Positions 31,130 to 40,357 of a stretch of 64,000 nt of DNA are shown one piece after another. The stretch lies in the NCBI GenBank assembly GCA_965199955.1, contig CBDATQ010000001.1, forward strand, positions 2,208,001-2,272,000, in the 5' to 3' direction. The position numbers were made by a program, and so were the translations under genes. Numbering within the stretch: the stretch's first letter is position 1; each line of letters begins with the position of its first letter. A model generated the notes under the pieces. It saw only the letters and a program-made list of their open reading frames with translations, was not told the origin of the DNA and did no database searches. The DNA is from Spirochaetia bacterium. Its GTDB lineage: Bacteria; Spirochaetota; Spirochaetia; SZUA-6; Bin103.

Positions 31130-31315
31130 ATGTCGAACGAGGTCCTGGTAGTCGCGTCCAAGGTAAAATCTTATATCAAGTCCGCAGCAGGATTCAACAC
31201 GTCAGCACCGGCCATCGACGCACTGTCGAGCAAGGTCAAGGAAGTCTGCGACGCGGCGATCGAAGCGGCGCGCAAGGATCGGCGCAAGACGGTGAAGGAC
31301 CGGGACATCTCGTAG
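31130..31315 (+). CDS. Bacterial histone-fold protein (Bd0055/HBb-like), 61 aa
   Basis: MSNEVLVVASKVKSYIKSAAGFNTSAPAIDALSSKVKEVCDAAIEAARKDRRKTVKDRDIS carries the histone-fold RKTV-x-x-RD signature. A GAGGGGG ribosome-binding site lies upstream. Confidence 0.88.
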   Translation: MSNEVLVVASKVKSYIKSAAGFNTSAPAIDALSSKVKEVCDAAIEAARKDRRKTVKDRDIS

Positions 31316-31353
31316 CGCCGGCGCACGCCCCGAACCGGGCAGAATTCGCCGGC
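31316..31353 (+). terminator. GC-rich hairpin after the histone gene
   Basis: CGCCGGCG...GCCC-CGAACC-GGGC...CGCCGGCG, with no U-tract. Confidence 0.35.
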
Positions 31354-31418
31354 GATGTCCGTGGAAAGGGCGTTTCTCGAGCGCCGCCGCGGGGCCCATA
31401 CAACAACTTCTGCCGAGC

Positions 31419-32529
31419 ATGAGATCGCGGATCGACGGCCCACGCGCCTGCCGCCCAGAGGAACGCTCCGAGCTACTCGCGCTGGCCAACTTGGTATTCC
31501 GCGTGTCCCGCGGCAGAGCGTCGTCGATCGAGCGGGACTACCCACACATCTATCGGACGGAAAACCTCGACAACGTCCGCGTGATCCGCGTCGACGGTGG
31601 CCTCCGCGCGTCGGTGGGGACGCTGCCCATGCGTATCGCTACTGGCGGCGCGGTGCTCGACACGGTGGGGGTCAACTGCACCACCACCCATCCCGACTGG
31701 CGGAAACGGGGCTTCGGCGGCCTGTTGATGCGCGATATCGAGGCGCGCGCGCGCCGCCGGACGAGACCTCGTACACTTGGACGCCGGTGTGCCAGAGTGG
31801 TATCGCCGCTTCGGCTTCGAGGACGGCGGATGCCTGCTCAGCTACGAGTTGAACCGCGGCAACGTCGGGTTGCTGCCCGACCCCCGTGGTCTGGAGGTCC
31901 GTACCGGACTGGACCGGTATGCCGCCGACCTCCATCGCATCCATTCCACCGACCGGGCGGGAACGGTGCGCCGCGAGGAGGACGTGCCCGTCATCGTGGG
32001 CAGGACGTCGCCCGAGCTGTTCGTCGCCGAGCGGCGCGGACGGGTCGTCGCGTACGCGGTGGTGCAGCCGGCTTCACGGCTGGTCAAGGAGCACGGCGGG
32101 CAGCCGGAACTTGTGGCGGCGCTGCTGCGCGCCGTCTACGCCCTCGTGGATGCGGTCAACCAAGGGCGATCCACGACCGAACGCGACGACCAGGAGCGCG
32201 TCGATCTGACCAGCGAACTGCAGGTCGAGGTCATCCCGCAGCAGACCGGGCTGGTGGCGCTGCTCGACCGGATCGGCATCCCGGTGACGCGCGCGCCGTG
32301 GCACATGTTGCAGCTCATCGATCCGGCCGAGATCCTGCGCAAGCTGGGTCTGAACGACGTGACGGTGCACACGCGCGGTGACCGGTTCGTGCTGAGCGGC
32401 CCGGACGGCGAGGAAGTGCTGTCGCGCCGGATGCTCGTCAAGGCGCTGTTCGGTCCGGAACGGGTGACGGCGGTCGCGGGCGACCGGCTGCCGGTCCTGC
32501 TGTCCACGCCGAGCACCGATCATGTCTGA
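31419..32529 (+). pseudogene. Eis-like GNAT acetyltransferase, frameshifted at a (GC)6 run (31743-31754)
   Basis: THPDWRKRGFG acetyl-CoA motif in frame 1. WYRRFGFE and C-terminal LVKALFGP lie in another frame. Adding one GC unit joins them. Confidence 0.82.
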
Positions 32530-33019
32530 GGGGCCCGGCGCATCGACCGCCGGGTCAGCTACGTGGCCCCGTCCGACCTGGAACGGTTCCTGGACATCGT
32601 CCGCTCCCGTCTTGCCTTCCGCTTCGACATCACGGCGGAAATCCTCACGCACCTTGCCGCGTACGACATCGACAATGACCGGCTGCTGCACCGCTACGAG
32701 GATGAGTGGATCGCCACCGCCAGCGTGGCGGAGATGGTGCGCTACAAACGAGCGCACCTTCACGTGGTACTTCATGCACATGGACGTGAGTGGCCGGCCC
32801 CGCGACCCGTTCGTGGCATGGCAGGACCGCGATCGACGCCGTCATCAGCGCGGACGGCACCAGCGGCCGCATCCCGGAGCTGATCCGGACGGGGCTGCCG
32901 GTCTCCGGGACCTCGATGAGGTGTTAAGACGAATCGGCCGCCACTACGGCGGCCGATTCACCTGGATGCGATGCAGCGAGATCGCCTGCACCGCGCTGGA
33001 GACAGAGTTGCGAAGTTGA
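32530..33019 (+). pseudogene. Degraded hypothetical protein
   Basis: Protein-like pieces (DLERFLDIVRSRLAFRFDITAEILTH; FTWMRCSEIA) in different frames, with no clear start. Confidence 0.4.
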
Positions 33020-33025
33020 TGACGA

Positions 33026-33062
33026 ACGGCGTTCATGCCACCCGGTGGAGCATGAATGCCGT
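33026..33062. terminator. Hairpin between convergent genes
   Basis: ACGGCGTTCATGC / GCATGAATGCCGT 13-bp stem with one G-T pair. Confidence 0.55.
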
Positions 33063-33094
33063 CCGCGGTAACGCCCGTCCTCGGTGAGGGAGAC

Positions 33095-33418
33095 CTACCA
33101 GCGTCTGGGGCCGCCTCCGCCTCCCGGCCCGCGGTCGCCTCCGCCGCGCCTGCCTCCGCCGCGGTCGCCACGCGCGCTGCGCGCTTCCTCCACGGTCAGG
33201 TACCGGCCATCGAGCTCCGCACCGTTCAATCCGCGAACCGCGGCGGCGGCTTCCTCGTCCGAGCCCATTTCCACGAATCCGAAGCCACGAGAGCTACCGG
33301 AATACCGATCCGTCACCACCTCGGCGGATTCAACCTTGCCATGCTGTGCAAACAGCTGGAATAGCGTTTCATCGGTAGCGCTGAACGGCAGGCCCCCGAT
33401 ATAGAGTCTTTTTCCCAT
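33095..33418 (-). CDS. RRM RNA-binding protein with a Gly/Arg-rich tail
   Basis: RNP2 LYIGGL, RNP1 RGFGFVEM and an RGG-rich C-terminus. Confidence 0.95.
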   Translation of the reverse strand: MGKRLYIGGLPFSATDETLFQLFAQHGKVESAEVVTDRYSGSSRGFGFVEMGSDEEAAAAVRGLNGAELDGRYLTVEEARSARGDRGGGRRGGGDRGPGGGGGPRRW

Positions 33419-33465
33419 CGCGCGGCCAGTTTAGCAGGAGCCGGCCACTTAGGCAACGACCTATT

Positions 33466-34416
33466 TCAGGATTCCCATTCTGATGCTTCGTCGAGGTGTT
33501 CCAGGTGCTCCGCGGAGAGCCGGTAGCCGGCCGCGCCGGCGAGCTCGGTCACCTGCTCGGGGGTGGAGGCGCCGATCACCGGAGCGGTGACGCCGGGCTT
33601 CGAGAACAGCCAGGCGAGCGCCGTCTGCGCCACCGTGTGCCGGTCGCGGGCTGCGATCTTGCCGATCTCGGTCACCAGGTGGGAGGCGCGCACGGGATCC
33701 AGGTCGTAGCCATGCGGCCCGCTGCGCCAGCGCGGTGCCGGGATGTCTCCCCCGTGAAAGCGGCCGGTCAGGATGCCGCGCGCCAGCGGCCGGTACGGCA
33801 ACACGGCGACGCCGAGCGCGACGGCGGCGTCGGCCAGTTCGCGTTCGAAGGCGCTACGGGCCAGCAGGCTGTAGTGCGGCTGCACGCTCGCGTAGGAGAC
33901 CAGGTGGGACGCGGTGCTGATGCCCAGCGCGTGCGCGAGACGCCAGGCGGACACGTTGGAGCAGCCCACGTAGCGGACCTTTCCGTGGCGTACCATCTGG
34001 TCAAGCGCCCACAGCGTCTCCTCGTCGGGCGTATCGGGATCGGGCCAGTGCGTCTGGTACAGGTCGATCCAGTCGGTCCCGAGCCTGCGGAGGCTCTCCT
34101 CCACGGCCGCCAGCAGGTGTCGCCGGCTGAGCCCTCGGTCGGTGGGGTGCGGGCCGGTCGGCGAGCCCCCCTTGGTCGCCACCACCAGCGCCTGGCGATT
34201 GCCGCGCCGCCTCATCCAGTCACCGAGGGCGGCCTCGGATGCACCGACCTCCGGTCCGTAGATGTCCGCGGAATCGATGAAGGTGCCGCCGCGCTCGACG
34301 AAGGCATCGAGCACCGGATCGCTCGTGTCGGCGAACGGCTGCGCGCCGAAGCCGGCCGTTCCCAGGCAGAGCTCGGACACCATGAGCCCGGTGCGGCCAA
34401 GACGTCGCTGCAACAT
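33466..34416 (-). CDS. Aldo/keto reductase
   Basis: LGRTGLMVSELCLG, DSADIYG, SLRRLGTDWIDLYQTH and GKVRYVGCSN motifs. Confidence 0.93.
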   Translation of the reverse strand: MLQRRLGRTGLMVSELCLGTAGFGAQPFADTSDPVLDAFVERGGTFIDSADIYGPEVGASEAALGDWMRRRGNRQALVVATKGGSPTGPHPTDRGLSRRHLLAAVEESLRRLGTDWIDLYQTHWPDPDTPDEETLWALDQMVRHGKVRYVGCSNVSAWRLAHALGISTASHLVSYASVQPHYSLLARSAFERELADAAVALGVAVLPYRPLARGILTGRFHGGDIPAPRWRSGPHGYDLDPVRASHLVTEIGKIAARDRHTVAQTALAWLFSKPGVTAPVIGASTPEQVTELAGAAGYRLSAEHLEHLDEASEWES

Positions 34417-34504
34417 GCGGGCAGAATCATACCTTCTTGGCGCGGCGCAGCGCAGCGTATCGGGTGCCTTGGCGCGGCTCGGTGGTTGCGCTACCGTCGC
34501 GGCG

Positions 34505-34921
34505 GTGGACCGCACGTTGGGACGGCGGCTGATCGCGGCGGTGGTCGTCCTCACACTGCTTGGCACGCCGGCCGCCGCCCAGGAAGCGCCCGCGGAAACG
34601 AACGAGCCGTCCGAGGCTGCGCCCGCGCACGTGTTGCCGGGGACAACGCCACCCGCGGAGCCGGTCAGGGACTACTGGCCGCTGCTGGTAGCCGGCATCG
34701 GCGTGGTGGCGGGCGGCCTTGCGGGTGCGCGGCTGGCCAACCTGGAGGCCGAACGGTGGGAGGCGATGTCGGATGGGACGGCGAACCGACAGCAGCAGAT
34801 TGACGCCTGGAACACCTGGACGGTGGCCGGCTCGGTGGCGGCGACGGTCGGGGTCGGCCTGGTCGTGCTGTGGGGCACCATCCGGCTGTCGCAGGCGTCC
34901 GCGGCTCCGGTCGGCCCGTGA
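34505..34921 (+). CDS. Hypothetical membrane protein
   Basis: Signal-peptide-like LIAAVVVLTLLGTPAAAQ and two hydrophobic segments. The start is uncertain. Confidence 0.55.
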   Translation: MDRTLGRRLIAAVVVLTLLGTPAAAQEAPAETNEPSEAAPAHVLPGTTPPAEPVRDYWPLLVAGIGVVAGGLAGARLANLEAERWEAMSDGTANRQQQIDAWNTWTVAGSVAATVGVGLVVLWGTIRLSQASAAPVGP

Positions 34922-34974
34922 CCGGCGCCCCGTCATGAGGCGGAAGTCCGCGCGAAAGGGGCAAGGAGGATTCG

Positions 34975-35391
34975 ATGGCGGCGATGGATTTGGGTGCGAT
35001 CAACTACGTGGCGGCAGCCGTGTCGGCCGTGGTGCTGATGGCGCTGGGATTCGCCTGGTACGCGCCGTTCCTGTTCGGCAAGGCGTGGATGGCGGCGCTC
35101 GGCAAGACCGAGGAGGAAATGCGCGCCGCAGGCTCCAGTCCGGCACTGGTGGCCGCGATGGCGGAAGCCATCCTGACCTCGCTGGTGCTGGCGATCGTCT
35201 TCCAGGCGGCCGGAGTCTCCGGGGTCGGCGGCGGCATCGTCGCGGCGCTGGTCCTGGCAATCGCCTTCTCGGGCACGTCGATCGTCTCCAACGGCGCGTT
35301 CGAGGGACGGCCGCGGGCGTTGGTGCTGATCAACCTGGGCTACCGGCTGGTCTCCTACCCGATCGTGGGCATCATCCTGTCGATCTGGTAG
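34975..35391 (+). CDS. DUF1761-family membrane protein
   Basis: INYVA, LGFAWYAPFLFGKAW and LINLGY motifs. AGGAGG ribosome-binding site. Confidence 0.88.
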   Translation: MAAMDLGAINYVAAAVSAVVLMALGFAWYAPFLFGKAWMAALGKTEEEMRAAGSSPALVAAMAEAILTSLVLAIVFQAAGVSGVGGGIVAALVLAIAFSGTSIVSNGAFEGRPRALVLINLGYRLVSYPIVGIILSIW

Positions 35392-37612
35392 ACCCCGGCG
35401 GTCCGGCAGCGCGCCGAACCGTTTCCGCCCAGACCGATTCCGGGTCGAGCGGGAGCGACGCCGGCTGCGCGCCGGTGGCGGCCCTGACGGCGTTGGCGGC
35501 GGCCGCCGCGCCGGCGACGATCGGCGGCTCGCCGACGCCGAGGGCTCCGTATGGCCCATGCGAGGGCCGCTGCAGCAGGTGGGTGGTGATCGGCGGCACC
35601 GAGGTGGCCCTGGGCATGCCGTAGTCCATCAGCGTGCCGGTCAGGAGTTGGCCGTCGTCGTCGTGGCGCAGCGCCTCGTGCAGGCCGATGCCCAGCCCCT
35701 GCGCGGCGCCGCCGTGGAGTTGGCCCTCCACCAGCAGCGGATTCATCGCGAAGCCGACGTCCTGCGCCGACAGGTAGTCGGTCGGCCGCACCCGGCCGGT
35801 CTCCCGGTCGACGGCGACGCGCACCACGTGCGCGATGAACACGGCGGCGCCGCCGGGCCCGGCGGCTTGACCGCTGGCCTGGATCGGTCCGCGCCGGTGG
35901 GGCAGGGATGACTCCGCGCTCTGCGCCGCGTGGGCCAGCGCGCCTACGGAAATCGTCCGGTCCGGCACCCCCGCGACCCGCACGGCGCCGTCGGCGATCT
36001 CCAGGTCCTCCACGGCGGCCTCGAAGTGGTCGGCCGCCTGGGCCAGGAGCTGACGCCGGGCGGCGGCGGCGGCCGTGCGCACCGCATCGGCCGCCGAGCA
36101 GGCGATGTTGCTGCCGCCGGCGCTCGGCCCGTACGGCGCCGAGGCCGAGTCGGCGATCTGCACGCGGACCTGCCGCGGGTCGACGCCGATCTCCTCGGCC
36201 GCCACCAGGACGAGCGAGGAGTACACGCCCGAGATGTCGACCGCGCCCATCGTCACCACCACGGTGCCGTCAGGATCCACGCGGCAGGCGGCCGCGCACG
36301 GGTCGACCAGGGGGATCCATCCGGCGATGGCGAGCCCGGTGCCGCCGGTGCCGGCCTCGTGGCGGGACCGCCACAGCGGATGCGATTCGACCGCTTCCAG
36401 GCAGGCGAGCTGGCCGCCCGCGGGCCATGGCGTGCCGTCGGGCTGCGGGTCGCCGGCCCGCACCACGTTGCGTTTGCGGAACTCCAGCGGGTCCACCTCC
36501 AGCGCGGCGGCCAGGGCGTCGACCGCGGTCTCCAGCACAAACGTGGTCTGCGGCGCGCCGGGCGCGCGGTAGGCGCCGGTAGCGTGCACGTTCGTGCATA
36601 CGTCACGCCAGCGGATGGCAAGATGCGGGATCCGGTAGCACCCGGCCAGCCGCTTGGCGATGCCGCCTCCCATGCCGTTCGGGAATGCTCCGTTGTCCAG
36701 GCTGATGTCCACGCGCAGGGCGGTGAGCTCGCCGTGGCGGTCGGCGCCCAGCTCCAGCTCGATCGACATCGCCGGGGTCGGCGTGGTGATCGCCAGGTCG
36801 GTCGATCGATCGAGCACCAGCTTCACCGGACGGTTCAGGTGCAGGGCCGCGGCCGCGGCCAGCGGATCGATCACGCCTCCCTTGCCGCCGAAGCCGCCGC
36901 CCACGGCCATCGGCACGACACGGACCGCGGCGGCAGGCAGCTCCAGGATCGAGGCGAGCCGGGTGCGCACGTCGAACTGACCCTGACAGCCGGAATAGAC
37001 GGTCACTCCGGGAGTGAGGTTCGCTGCGCTCACTCCGGGAGTGAGGTCCGGATCCGGGGCCGCCACAACCGCGGTCGGCTCCAGGTAGCCCTGGTGCACG
37101 AATGGCGTGCGGCACGTCCGCTTCACGACGTGAGCGGACGCCTCCAGCGCCGCCCGGACGTCGCCGCGGACATACTCGCCGTCTGCCGACGGCGGCCCGC
37201 CCTGTGTCGCGGCCGACACGCCGACGACCGGCGGCAGCGGCTCGTAGTCCACCTCGACGAGCGCTGCACCGTCCGCGGCCGCCGCCGCCGACTCGCCGAC
37301 CACCAGAGCGACCGGTTGCCCCGCGAAGGTGACCATTTCGCGTGCCAGCACCAACTCCTGCCGGATCGTCGTCGGCTCGGCGGTCACCGGCAGATCGTCG
37401 GCGGTGAGCACGGCAACCACACCCGGTACGGAGCGTGCTTCCGCGGCATGCACGGCGCGCAGCCGGGCATGCGCCTCGGTGCTCAGCACCGGCTGGGCGT
37501 GCAGCATGCCGGCGAGCTCCACGTCGGCGGCGTAGCGGGTGGCGCCGAGCGCCTTCGCGCGGCCGTCGATCAACGGCCGCGGACGGCCCAGGTAGCGGTA
37601 CGGCGCGCTCAT
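35372..37612 (-). CDS. Xanthine dehydrogenase family molybdopterin-binding subunit (stand-alone)
   Basis: HQGYLEP, GGGFGGK, AYRAPG, VEGQLHGG and GVGEPP motifs. Confidence 0.93.
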   Translation of the reverse strand: MSAPYRYLGRPRPLIDGRAKALGATRYAADVELAGMLHAQPVLSTEAHARLRAVHAAEARSVPGVVAVLTADDLPVTAEPTTIRQELVLAREMVTFAGQPVALVVGESAAAAADGAALVEVDYEPLPPVVGVSAATQGGPPSADGEYVRGDVRAALEASAHVVKRTCRTPFVHQGYLEPTAVVAAPDPDLTPGVSAANLTPGVTVYSGCQGQFDVRTRLASILELPAAAVRVVPMAVGGGFGGKGGVIDPLAAAAALHLNRPVKLVLDRSTDLAITTPTPAMSIELELGADRHGELTALRVDISLDNGAFPNGMGGGIAKRLAGCYRIPHLAIRWRDVCTNVHATGAYRAPGAPQTTFVLETAVDALAAALEVDPLEFRKRNVVRAGDPQPDGTPWPAGGQLACLEAVESHPLWRSRHEAGTGGTGLAIAGWIPLVDPCAAACRVDPDGTVVVTMGAVDISGVYSSLVLVAAEEIGVDPRQVRVQIADSASAPYGPSAGGSNIACSAADAVRTAAAAARRQLLAQAADHFEAAVEDLEIADGAVRVAGVPDRTISVGALAHAAQSAESSLPHRRGPIQASGQAAGPGGAAVFIAHVVRVAVDRETGRVRPTDYLSAQDVGFAMNPLLVEGQLHGGAAQGLGIGLHEALRHDDDGQLLTGTLMDYGMPRATSVPPITTHLLQRPSHGPYGALGVGEPPIVAGAAAAANAVRAATGAQPASLPLDPESVWAETVRRAAGPPGSTRSTG

Positions 37613-38085
37613 GCCGAGGGCTCGACCGTCAACAGCGCTTCGCCGGGCGAACGCGCGCACCGGTACGCCGCAGTAAATTCCGCCTGCCGTTCGGGGTGCA
37701 GGTCGGCCACTTCCTCCTCCGTCAGCCACGCGAACCGCTCATGTTCGTGGCTCAGCACCACTTCTCCGGCGACGTACTCGCACAGGAAGTCGATCCCCAC
37801 GAGCTGGAGTGGCCCGCGCACGGAGTGCCAGGTCGAGACCGGCCCTGCCACCTCGACCTGCAGACCGGTCTCCTCGGCGACCTCACGGCGCAGCGCATCG
37901 GTCGGTGACTCCCCGAACGCGACTCGGCCGCCGGGCAGATCCACGCGCACGTCGGGATCGGGATCGCCGAGGGCCTCCTCGCGTGTCTTGTAGAGCACCA
38001 GCAGGCGCGGACCGTCCACGATCGCCGCCTTGACCGCCACGCCAAAGGACCCATCTCCTGTCATTTCGTTCTCCATCGATCTCAC
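37609..38085 (-). CDS. NUDIX hydrolase
   Basis: PGGRVAFGESPTDALRREVAEETGL Nudix box. Confidence 0.92.
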   Translation of the reverse strand: MRSMENEMTGDGSFGVAVKAAIVDGPRLLVLYKTREEALGDPDPDVRVDLPGGRVAFGESPTDALRREVAEETGLQVEVAGPVSTWHSVRGPLQLVGIDFLCEYVAGEVVLSHEHERFAWLTEEEVADLHPERQAEFTAAYRCARSPGEALLTVEPSA

Positions 38086-38117
38086 CGTTTTCCGGGGCCG
38101 AGGGTATACTCGGCGCC

Positions 38118-39206
38118 ATGAGTACCCAAGTGGGTTTCCGCGTCGGCGCGATCGGGCACACCGGGCGCGGCAATTTCGGCCACGGCCTGCACCTCGGCTT
38201 TCGGGACGTCGAAGGCGTGCAGCCGGTGGCGGTGGCCGACCCGGACCCCGCCGGCCGGGCCGCGGCCCGGCAGGAGATCGGCGCCGCGAATGCCTATGCC
38301 GACTACCGGGAGATGCTGGTCGCCGAATCGCTGGACATCGTCGCGGTCTGCCCGCGCTACGTCGACCGCCACGAGGAGCTGCTCATGGCCGCGATCGACG
38401 CGGGGTGCCACATCTACTGCGAGAAGCCCATGACCGCCGACCTGGCGACCGCCGACCGCGTGATCGCCGCGGCCGACGCGAAGGGGGTGAAGATCGCGGT
38501 CGCCCACCAGAACGTCTACCTGCCGCAGCTCCAGGAGCTGCGGCGGCGCGTCGGCGACGGCCTGATCGGCACGCTCCTGGAGCTGCGCGGCACCGGCAAG
38601 CAGGATCGGCGCGGTGGCGGAGAGGACATGCTGGTGCTGGGCACGCACGTGTTCAACACGATGCGCCACTTCGCCGGCGACGTCGCATGGATCTCCGGCC
38701 ACGTCACCGCCGGCGGCCGGGAGATCGGCCCCGGCGACGCGCGCGAGGCGACCGAGCCGATCGGCCTGATCGCCGGCGACGCGGTCACCGGACATTACAG
38801 CTTCGTCGGCGGAGCCGTCGGCAGCTTCACCTCGCGCGCCAACCAGCCCGGAGACGGCCGCGGGTTCAGCCTGCAGTTGATCGGTGACCGCGGCAGCGTG
38901 GCGATGCGCGGCGCCGGCAACGACTTCGTGATCGCCCGCCACGACCACTGGGCGCCGTGGGACGGCATCGACGGCTGGGACCCTCTGGACCTGGGAGCCG
39001 GCGAGCTCCACAAGGACGGCAACCGGCTGGCGATCGAGGACCTGATCGCCGCGATCGACGCCGACACCGAACCTCTGTCGAGCGCGCGCGCGGCGCGCGC
39101 GGCCCTGGAGATGATCCACGGCGTGTACGCGTCGCAGATTGCCGGTGCGCGGGTCGCCGTGCCACTGGTCGACCGCGGCCATCCGCTGGCGCGGCTGCAG
39201 TCCTGA
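38118..39206 (+). CDS. Gfo/Idh/MocA-family oxidoreductase
   Basis: GHTGRGNFGH, CEKPM and GGGEDMLVLGTH motifs. Confidence 0.92.
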   Translation: MSTQVGFRVGAIGHTGRGNFGHGLHLGFRDVEGVQPVAVADPDPAGRAAARQEIGAANAYADYREMLVAESLDIVAVCPRYVDRHEELLMAAIDAGCHIYCEKPMTADLATADRVIAAADAKGVKIAVAHQNVYLPQLQELRRRVGDGLIGTLLELRGTGKQDRRGGGEDMLVLGTHVFNTMRHFAGDVAWISGHVTAGGREIGPGDAREATEPIGLIAGDAVTGHYSFVGGAVGSFTSRANQPGDGRGFSLQLIGDRGSVAMRGAGNDFVIARHDHWAPWDGIDGWDPLDLGAGELHKDGNRLAIEDLIAAIDADTEPLSSARAARAALEMIHGVYASQIAGARVAVPLVDRGHPLARLQS

Positions 39207-40309
39207 TAGCCGCCGTCTATCGCGCGGCGCGGATCGGCTGCAGCCACCGCAGCACCTCCATCGGCCGGGCCTACGCCGAGCACCCCCGCACCGAGCTGGT
39301 CGGGCTGTGCGACCTCGACGCGGAGCGGCTGCGGACGCTGGGAGACACGCTGGGAGTGGCCGCCCGGTTCACCGGCCTGGAGGCGATACTCGACGCCGTC
39401 CAGCCGCAGATCGTGGTGATCCCAACCGGCACCGAGTTCCACTACGCGCTCGCGATGCGTGTGCTCGACCACGGGGCGTATCACCTCGACGTCGAGAAGC
39501 CGATCTGCGTCGACCTGGAACAGGCGGACGCCGTCCGGCGCCGCGCGCGGGAGCGCGGCGTGCGGATCGCGGTCCATCACCAGGGCCGCACCAGCCCGGC
39601 AGCGCGGGCGGCGGCGGATGCGGTCGCGGACGGACTGGTCGGCGACTTGATCCACCGCCGCGCGCGGCAAGGGCTACTACGGCGGTTACGGCATCATGAA
39701 CATCGGCTGCCATCTGCTGACCCGGTGCGCAGGCGTTCCTGGGACGCTGCCGGCGCGTTACCGCAAGCCTGCGCACGGACGGTCGGCCGATCACGCCCGA
39801 CGACGTGGTGCCGTCACCGAACGGCATGGGCACCGTCGGCGGCGAACGCCTGTCTGCCGAGCTGGAGTTCGCCGACGGCGTGAACCTGACCCTGATGCAT
39901 GACCGCCTGCCGGCGGCGAGCGGCGGGTCCATGGGCGTGGAGCTGATGGGCACCGAGGGCAGGATCCTGCTCCAGCACGGCGTCGCGTGGCACGTCGCCA
40001 CCCCGTTTCCGCGACCGCGCCAGGGAGAATCCCCTGGGCGGCGGGGACGATACGCCGGAGCTTCGCCACGGCATGGAGCTGGCGTTCGTGGACGAGTACG
40101 TGCGCGCGCTCGATGCGGGCGACGAGCACGAGTCGAGCGGTGAAGTGGGCACGCACTCGCTGGAGATGATCATGGCCGCATTCGAGTCGGCGGTGTATGG
40201 ACACCCGGTCGAGCTTCCGCAGCAGCAGCGGGGCCACCCGCTGGTGCGCTGGCGGGCCGAGCACGGGCTGGGGCCGCCGCCGGCCGCCCCCCGCCCGTAC
40301 CAGGAGTGA
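39206..40309 (+). pseudogene. Gfo/Idh/MocA-family oxidoreductase with multiple frameshifts
   Basis: VEKP, KGYYGGYGIMNIGCH and LEMIMAAFESA lie in different frames. The start appears as ATA (TGATA) where coupled TGATG is expected. Confidence 0.8.
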
Positions 40310-40357
40310 CTGGCGCACGGGGACCGACGCCTGGGACGCGGGTAACCCGCGGGGCCG

